Notes under the pieces: model-generated
Database searches by the model: none
What the model was told of the DNA's origin: nothing
Seen by the model: only the letters and a program-made list of their open reading frames with translations
Shown: in pieces, positions 60,970-64,000 of the stretch
Position numbering within the stretch: position 1 is the first letter of the stretch
How the letters are laid out: every line of letters begins with the position of its first letter
NCBI RefSeq assembly: GCF_963676685.1
Contig: NC_092346.1
Span: forward strand, 105,834,001 to 105,898,000
Direction: 5' to 3'
From: Mytilus edulis
Lineage: Eukaryota
Length of the DNA: 64,000 nt
Made by a program: the position numbers and the translations under genes

Positions 60970-62800
60970 TTTTTCATATATTGTAAATATGTACTTGGTT
61001 CCACTAAATATGCTTCTAATATTGCCAGTATGGCAGAACTTGGTCGTTATCCAATCTCTATTATTTGTTATTTTGCAGTCTCTTAAATACTGGCTATATT
61101 TGTACTAAGACCCTCTTTTGAATTTTAAAAAATTAGCATATAAGTCAATCGAAGATGTTGATTGTACCTTTCCATGTACCTTCAATAAACACATTTTTCA
61201 GTTTCTAAAATCAATTCATTTAACCATGTTTGGAATAATAAAGGAACTATGTCAGAAAGAAAACTCATATCTGCAGTGAAAAAAGATATTACAAGAAAGA
61301 TATGGAAAATATTTTTTTCTCATGTTTGTCACAGCAAAACAAATTGCGCACATATTACAAGTTAAAAAAGGAATATAAACCTGAGACTTATACAAAGTTA
61401 AATATCTCAAAACAATATATTAGACAGTTATGTAAGTTAAGAATTTCTAACCACAATTTACACATTGAAAAAGGCAGATATAATAATACGCCTTTGGATC
61501 AAAGAATATGTAAACATTGTTTAACACTAAATTTAAGATGAATAACATTTTATATGTGAATGCAACCTCTATTAACAAGACGATAGGGAAACGTTTTATG
61601 ATGACATTGTTAATATTATACCATGTTTTTGTAATTTAGATAATTTTGATAAATTTAAATATTTAATGAACTGTTCGGAGACTGATGTTCTCACCAGATT
61701 TCTTATATATATATATATAATATGTATATATATAGACAAATGTATATGTTCCAGACCGTATGAGTATTTGGACCGTACGCGTACGGTCTGGACCGTATGC
61801 GTACTTTTTCAAAATACTCATACGGTCGGACCGTACGCGTACGGTCTGACTAATATTAAGAAGTTGTCAAAGTTAATTAGATCCATATAACAGATCAATA
61901 TAACTTAACTCTCAAATAGATACAAAAAAGTTTAATTGTAATTGAAAAAAAACAACAATATATTTTAATGATTTAAAAAATTCCCGCCGTAATTGAATCT
62001 GTTAATCTCTCGTATTTCACATGTCGATCACTCAGTAAAATAATTGAACTATGATCACTAAAATTGAAAATATCGGAAGTAAATATAATGTGGGAGGACA
62101 ATTGTTTTAGAATATTTAGCAACTTTACCAAAAAATATTTTTGCTAAGGAACATACACGAACTGCAAAAATGTAAATGTAAAAAATATTAGTACGTTACA
62201 AGCAAGTGTAGTAACATTGGTTGAGAGTACCAAAATTAGGATCAAGATATACAATTACTGAAACAAATATTTAATTTCAATTGTTCATTTGTTCATTTTA
62301 TCCGTGTAATTGTAATAATATTAAATTAGTAAATCTGAAAATAAACATTTTGATTAATGTTCATTTTTTAAAATTTAACCAATATGATCTAATAACATGT
62401 ATGGTCAGCTCGTACTGGACCATACGCGTATACTCATACGGTCCGACCGTACGCGTATGGTCGGACCGTACGAGTATACGTATACGGTCCGGACCGTACG
62501 CGTACGGTCCAAATACTCATATGGTCTGGAACATATATAATATGTATATATATAGACAAATATATATAATATGTATATATATAGACAAATGTATTTTGAT
62601 TAGACATTCATCAGTGGGAATAATTGCATAATATTGAAGTGTGAGTTTTGTCTCTTGATTGTTATAAGTGTCACAATTGTTGACTGTTATGTTTTATTGT
62701 TGTTTTGTTTTGTATATGTTTTTTATATGTGTTCATGTGTTTCAGCGATGATCCTTTTGTACTGGATTTTATACTGAATAAAATTAGTTACTTAGTTAAT
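60970..62800 (+). mobile_element. Old 3' remnant of an RTE-X-like LINE, interrupted by the MITE
   Basis: AELGRYP at ~61035; KLRTYYKLK...KLRISNHNLHIEKGRY...RICKHC (61302-61541); 3' AATAAA + (TTAGTTA)-like tail near 62778-62805. Confidence 0.7.
61745..62535. mobile_element. MITE / non-autonomous TIR element in a TA-rich site
   Basis: ~44-bp TIR TATGTTCCAGACCRTATGAGTATTTGGACCGTACGCGTACGGTC with one mismatch; repeated internal palindromes GACCGTACGCGTACGGTC. Confidence 0.82.
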
Positions 62801-63627
62801 TAGTTTGTCATATAAGGCCCATAAAGAACAGGTAATTACAACAAGTGTGGACACAGATGAGTGTGGAAGTATTTTTGGATGTTGACAGTGTTTTCTGACA
62901 AAAGTGTTCTCTAGTTTTTCCCATAGGGTTCCATATTATTAACTTTGTTGCACAATGACAGCCAACATTAGCATAAGGGGTATTGTTTATTTAATATCTA
63001 GTTGTTTTATGTTCAAGACTATCAGGGAAGAGACACTTATTGCATTGCCTACCAAATTATTAGGATAGAATATGTTCCACATCTTTGATTTTGTAAATAC
63101 AACAATAAACACCACAGTGAATTTAGTATAGTAGCATCGGTCAAAATCAGATCCATCAGAGACATACATTGTATTATATGTGATGTATTATATGTCTCTG
63201 GATCCATCAACATATAAATTATAAAATACACAAATGAATAAAAATCAAAACTATATTTTATAAGATAAGATGAGATAAGCTAACTTTATTGTATTATCAC
63301 TAAAACATTTAACAATAACAGGTCATTTATATATCAGCACCTCGACTACGTCTCGGACTGATATGGGGGTCTCGGGATGATACCCGGGCCGATATTGAAA
63401 AGGCCATGTAATAATCTCTATTTATTTACTTTCTTTGTTTCACCGGTTTTGAAAGCTCTCCAGAGCTTATGTGTGTAATTGTCTTGTATGTATCTTATCT
63501 TATATCATAGAATAAAACAGATGTGGGATATGATTGCCAACAAGACAACTCTTCCGGTCCGACAAGAAACCAAATGACACAGAAATTAACAACTATAGAT
63601 CGTACTACGCAATGGAATAATATCGTG

Positions 63628-63760
63628 CAGTGGCGGATCCAAAAGGGGGGTCTTGGGGGTTGAACTCCCTTTTTTGGACTATCAATGTATTTGAATGGGG
63701 ACATATGATTGGACCCCCCTGTTATCCTATGTTGGGAACCCCTTTTTTTTAAATAGCTCA
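63628..63760. mobile_element. Truncated small TIR element fragment
   Basis: Begins CAGTGGCGGATCCA followed by G/C-run palindromes; only one terminus is visible. Confidence 0.4.
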
Positions 63761-64000
63761 TGTGACATGAGTGAAGATTCTAGTCCTAGAAAGTATTTTA
63801 ATTTATGATAGTGTTATGGAGTAAAGCAGTTAAAAAAGTAAAGAGAAAGCATGTGACCAGATTTGTTATTGACCTACTATAATCATGTCAATATTAAATA
63901 AACTCAACATATTTCATTAAGTGTGTCAATTGCCACAAACTATGCATTCAATTATTCGTTAACAATGCGTAAAAAGTAAAATGAGTGCACTTTAGAAAAA

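Overview
AT-rich, intron-containing animal genomic DNA; the repeat families and gene types suggest a bivalve mollusc, probably Mytilus-like (inference). Manual splicing (GT-AG junctions with consistent phases) reconstructs four minus-strand genes that the ORF track shows only as fragments. Three are tandem type-II membrane TNF-superfamily ligands (39891-30443, 29997-25911, 17282-6124) and one is a BTB-BACK-Kelch gene (49637-44455). The leftmost TNF has the ectodysplasin-A layout: TM, furin site, 19 Gly-X-Y triplets, EF-disulfide TNF domain. All three TNFs share an extra symmetric exon that inserts a C-x8-C plus N-x-T module into the TNF domain. All four genes carry local tandem duplications that copy a splice site or stop codon. 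Mobile DNA includes a 5.2-kb foldback element with a TSD and mirrored nested insertions, and a full-length RTE-X-like LINE whose ORF1 has a TBP-like motif and an SGNH esterase and whose ORF2 is split by a Penelope-like insertion. There are also Penelope-like RT remnants, a degenerate hammerhead ribozyme, Helentron-type elements, a MITE and several ~46-67-bp minisatellites. All coordinates were counted by eye and no database searches were run.
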